NCBI GenBank assembly: GCA_048013815.1
Contig: CM106586.1
Coordinates: 14,942,001-15,006,000 of the forward strand
Source of the DNA: Setoptus koraiensis
Taxonomy: Eukaryota; Animalia; Arthropoda
Reading direction: 5' to 3'
Length of the DNA: 64,000 bases
Shown here in pieces: positions 60,850 to 64,000 of this stretch. The position numbers were made by a program, and so were the translations under genes. Each line of letters opens with the position of its first letter. Position 1 is the first letter of the stretch. The notes beneath the pieces were generated by a model. That model was given only the letters and a program-made list of their open reading frames with translations. It did no database searches and was not told the origin of the DNA.

Positions 60850-62624
60850 GGGCACACGTTGTACTGTACTGTAACTAGGATGTGTGGATTTAATTTGCTG
60901 ATGTTGATGATGTTCTGGATGCTGTTGTTGTTGTTGTTGTTGGTGCTGTTACTGCGAAAGCTTTTGCAACGGCTACATATGCTAACAACCAATGTTGCCA
61001 GCAACAACAACAACCGCTCGCAAATGGTCTGGCAAACGGTGGTGTTGACAAAGCTGCCTCACTGCCAGTCAGCCACCTGCTGGATGAGTGAATTGAGCCT
61101 CTGTCTCTGTGAATTTATTTTTGCAGCTGAATTTAACGCCTGAATTGATGGTAATTGTCATCATTGTCTTTATAGTTGTGCAACTGGTGACCGTTCGTCT
61201 TCAACATTCTGCAATTGTAACATTATTCGATCATTATTGCAAATGCATTTGTTGTATTACGTGTGTTTGTTTGTGTTCGTGTATTCCGACTAATTCTACT
61301 GCAACCATCTCGTTTATTCCGATCGAGAACAACAATTAAAAGCTGGTCTTTTTATTCACAACTTTCACCCTCTATGATAGGCAGCTGCAGCTATGTTTGC
61401 GTTTCGCAGTGCTTTCAACAACAAAAAATCCGCCACTCTGATCTCTGATGATGTAACAGTAACGATAATTGTGATTGTAATGAACTCATCAGCGCGCCAT
61501 TGGAGCCATTGTGATACAATGATTGTATCCATTGTGGGCGTTAGAGGCCTCGGAGCCGCTTGAGCATTATAGATGAGGCTGGTCTATTGGTTCGCGACAA
61601 TCGGCACCTCGATTAGCTCACAAGTTAGTCAGTGTGACGATAATGCTGTCATGACTGATCCGGCGCCACCGATATGTGACAACTAACTGTGGCGATTGAC
61701 GATATCATACAGTTTGTTTGTCTATCTTGGCACAATTGTCATTTGTCAGACAACATGTTCTCGAACACACTGGTCATGTTGAGTGACATGTGCGGAATAC
61801 TGTGTTACGTAATGATGATAAGAATAAAATTGGACAATCACCATCATCCATCTGACCTATCATTGGCCAATGATATAACATTGCCAATAGCATATAACAA
61901 GTTATCGCTTGTTTACTCGTTGTCAGACACACTCGATGCAAGGTCTTTGTTTTGGTCACAAATAAATTTTGGTCTCACTTTTGTTTTGTCTCAATGCACA
62001 CAACAATCAGTATCAAAAGAACACTAAATATACTCATGTATGTAAATATATCCAGACAGATATACAGATATGTAGCTGACAAGTTTCCGTCGTTGGAACT
62101 TCCAGAAGATATAGCTCGAGAGAAAGAATCTAACAAATAGAATTGTGTTTGTGTACATTTCACATAAAGTGCTCACAAGCACACTATCGAACAAAAGCAC
62201 ACGAGATGCTCACGAGCGGCAGTTGTGCGCATTGCGCAATCCGATGGCCAGATGATGTATAAATTCAGGCTCCACCACAACGTTTTATTGTACTGTAACA
62301 GTGCACAGTGTTGTGTAGCGCATTGAGTAGCAGTTACCGCTGTGAGACATTGTGCCAACATTGGCAACAACATCACTGTTACATTCGCCACCATTGAGAC
62401 TTGTGAATTGTGGGCACATTACCAACATTACTGGCGAGTGTTTGTGTGTCTGTGCTGATATTGTGTGCACGTTTTTGTGTACACATTTGAAATGGCTGCC
62501 ATTCAAAACTGGTAACTTGAGTCTGAAAATCAATACAACCAACCAACAATTGAGTTTACGTAATAATATTATTATGTTGTCGTCTAGTATTATCTGGTTT
62601 ATACCATCATAGTATATACATATA

Positions 62625-62628
<4 letters not shown>

Positions 62629-62658
<30 letters not shown>
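62629..62658. repeat. (TA)15 microsatellite
   Basis: Directly visible. Confidence 0.95.
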
Positions 62659-62662
<4 letters not shown>

Positions 62663-63782
62663 CACTCAATATTACATCGCCAGCATTAATGAGAAGAAGA
62701 AATTACTAATTGATTAATAATAAATCACATTGTACCAATGCCAACTGCACATCGCTTGTTGGCCGAAAACAGACACATATTATTGAACATTTATTATTGA
62801 ATTTCGCTATCATTGTTTGGATTATTCAGATTAACAATACAAAACAGAGTCACACAATTGAAGGAGATCACACATTCATTTCACCTCATGTATCACCACA
62901 ATGTGTGAGATACTCAGATCAGTCTTTACAACATTATTGATAGCTTGAATAAATATATAATTTTAGTATAGGTATCATAATCATTATTAATATTATTATC
63001 GTATATTATCATTTAAATAACATCACTCGAGCAACACAGACGCAGCGAAGAATCTAGATCGAGAAAGTATTGACGCCAATGCAAACACAAAACAAACATA
63101 AGACATCAACGCCATCATGGAAATTAGCATGTTAGGCCAGCATTCAGCCAAAGCAAACTATCTTGATCTTATATGGATTGAAGATTTACATAGACACCAC
63201 AACATAGACAACACCGACAACTACTACAACAACAACCACAACAGCAGCAGCAACAATAACAACAGAGATAACAATTGAAACACAATTTAGTCACATTAGA
63301 CCAAGCGACTCACACATAGATGAAGATAGCAGAGAGTCCAAAAGGTTAAGGGACTTTCATTAGAGGATATTACATATTCAGTTTATATTTCAACCTATTG
63401 CAATCTGAACAAACGATCAGAGATTAGTCAACACTACTATCAACTTTATTAGAATTCTTCATAACCCTTTAAACCACGCCCAAATCTAATATCTTCTTTA
63501 CATTATTATATTCACATATTGATCATTGTTAGAAAAATATGACCATCAGATAACATATTCAGTTATATATGATTAATTCACCATAAAACTCGTACAAGTT
63601 CATCATTGACTCTACTATTATCATAAATGATTTGTCTTCCAGCAGAGCATCTTGAATTAACAATCAGTCGATAAAACCAGCATTGTCACAGAACCCCCGA
63701 GTGAACAATTATTATTTAGAAGAAAACCTCAAGGATAGTAATAACGCTAGAAACTTGCGTTGGAGCCGCACAACAAGACAAT

Positions 63783-64000
63783 ATGACCGTCTCCACCAGG
63801 GTCTGTAATGATTTTGAAGAAATGGAAAATTGCAACTACTCAAATGGAGAGAATGATCATGAACCCTCCTGTGACAATGGTAACCACACCAGTACCACCA
63901 CCACCACCACCAACGGTAATAGCCATACATCCTCAACAAATCGTGCCAATGATCATCCAGCCCTACTGCAGCTATTAGCTAAATTACAAGAAATGGTCCC
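63783..64000 (+). CDS. emc: Probable extramacrochaetae/Id HLH protein, 5' part (runs off the window)
   Basis: An ATG at 63783 follows an in-frame TAG at 63747. The frame is open to the end: MTVSTRVC...NDHPALLQLLAKLQEMVP. LAKLQEMVP resembles Id/Emc helix 1 (LSKLKELVP) and there is no preceding basic region. Only helix 1 is visible. Confidence 0.6.
   Translation, partial: MTVSTRVCNDFEEMENCNYSNGENDHEPSCDNGNHTSTTTTTTNGNSHTSSTNRANDHPALLQLLAKLQEMV

Noticed and set aside
1-64000. CRISPR arrays, rRNA, tRNA, snRNA or prokaryotic systems
   Set aside because: No repeat-spacer array, tRNA cloverleaf, or rRNA/snRNA signature was seen by eye. The sequence is spliceosomal eukaryotic DNA. An Infernal/tRNAscan run would be the definitive check.

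Overview
Eukaryotic, gene-dense arthropod DNA. It is most likely a compact mite (acariform) genome; this is inferred from the gene set, 80-125 nt introns and many intronless housekeeping genes. No CRISPR array, rRNA or tRNA is supported. Conserved genes in order: PISD (-), raw (+), CDK5RAP1 (-), 7-exon Pdk (+), a ~1,970-aa SOGA/MTCL-family coiled-coil gene (+), ARL6 (+), an OST3/6 (TUSC3/MAGT1) subunit (-), CHMP1B (+), an mpaB/DUF2236 oxygenase (+, 5' end not found) and the start of a probable emc/Id HLH gene at the window edge. Features missed or split by the ORF track: a two-exon short neuropeptide F-like precursor with a deviant APLRMRFamide peptide; a two-exon secreted Gly/Ala/Lys/Phe-rich protein; a tandem cluster of 7TM gustatory-receptor-like genes with two phase-0 C-terminal introns; a full-length pogo/Tigger transposon (TA TSD, degenerate TIRs, intact DD32D transposase) between head-to-head housekeeping genes; a 494-bp foldback MITE with 193-bp near-perfect arms; and an orphan membrane-protein gene bracketed by a ~200-bp duplication of the ARL6 3' end. 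About 49.2-54.9 kb, next to a 500-N gap, looks like low-quality or mis-assembled sequence. All exon structures were derived by hand from splice signals and frame continuity, not from transcripts or database searches.
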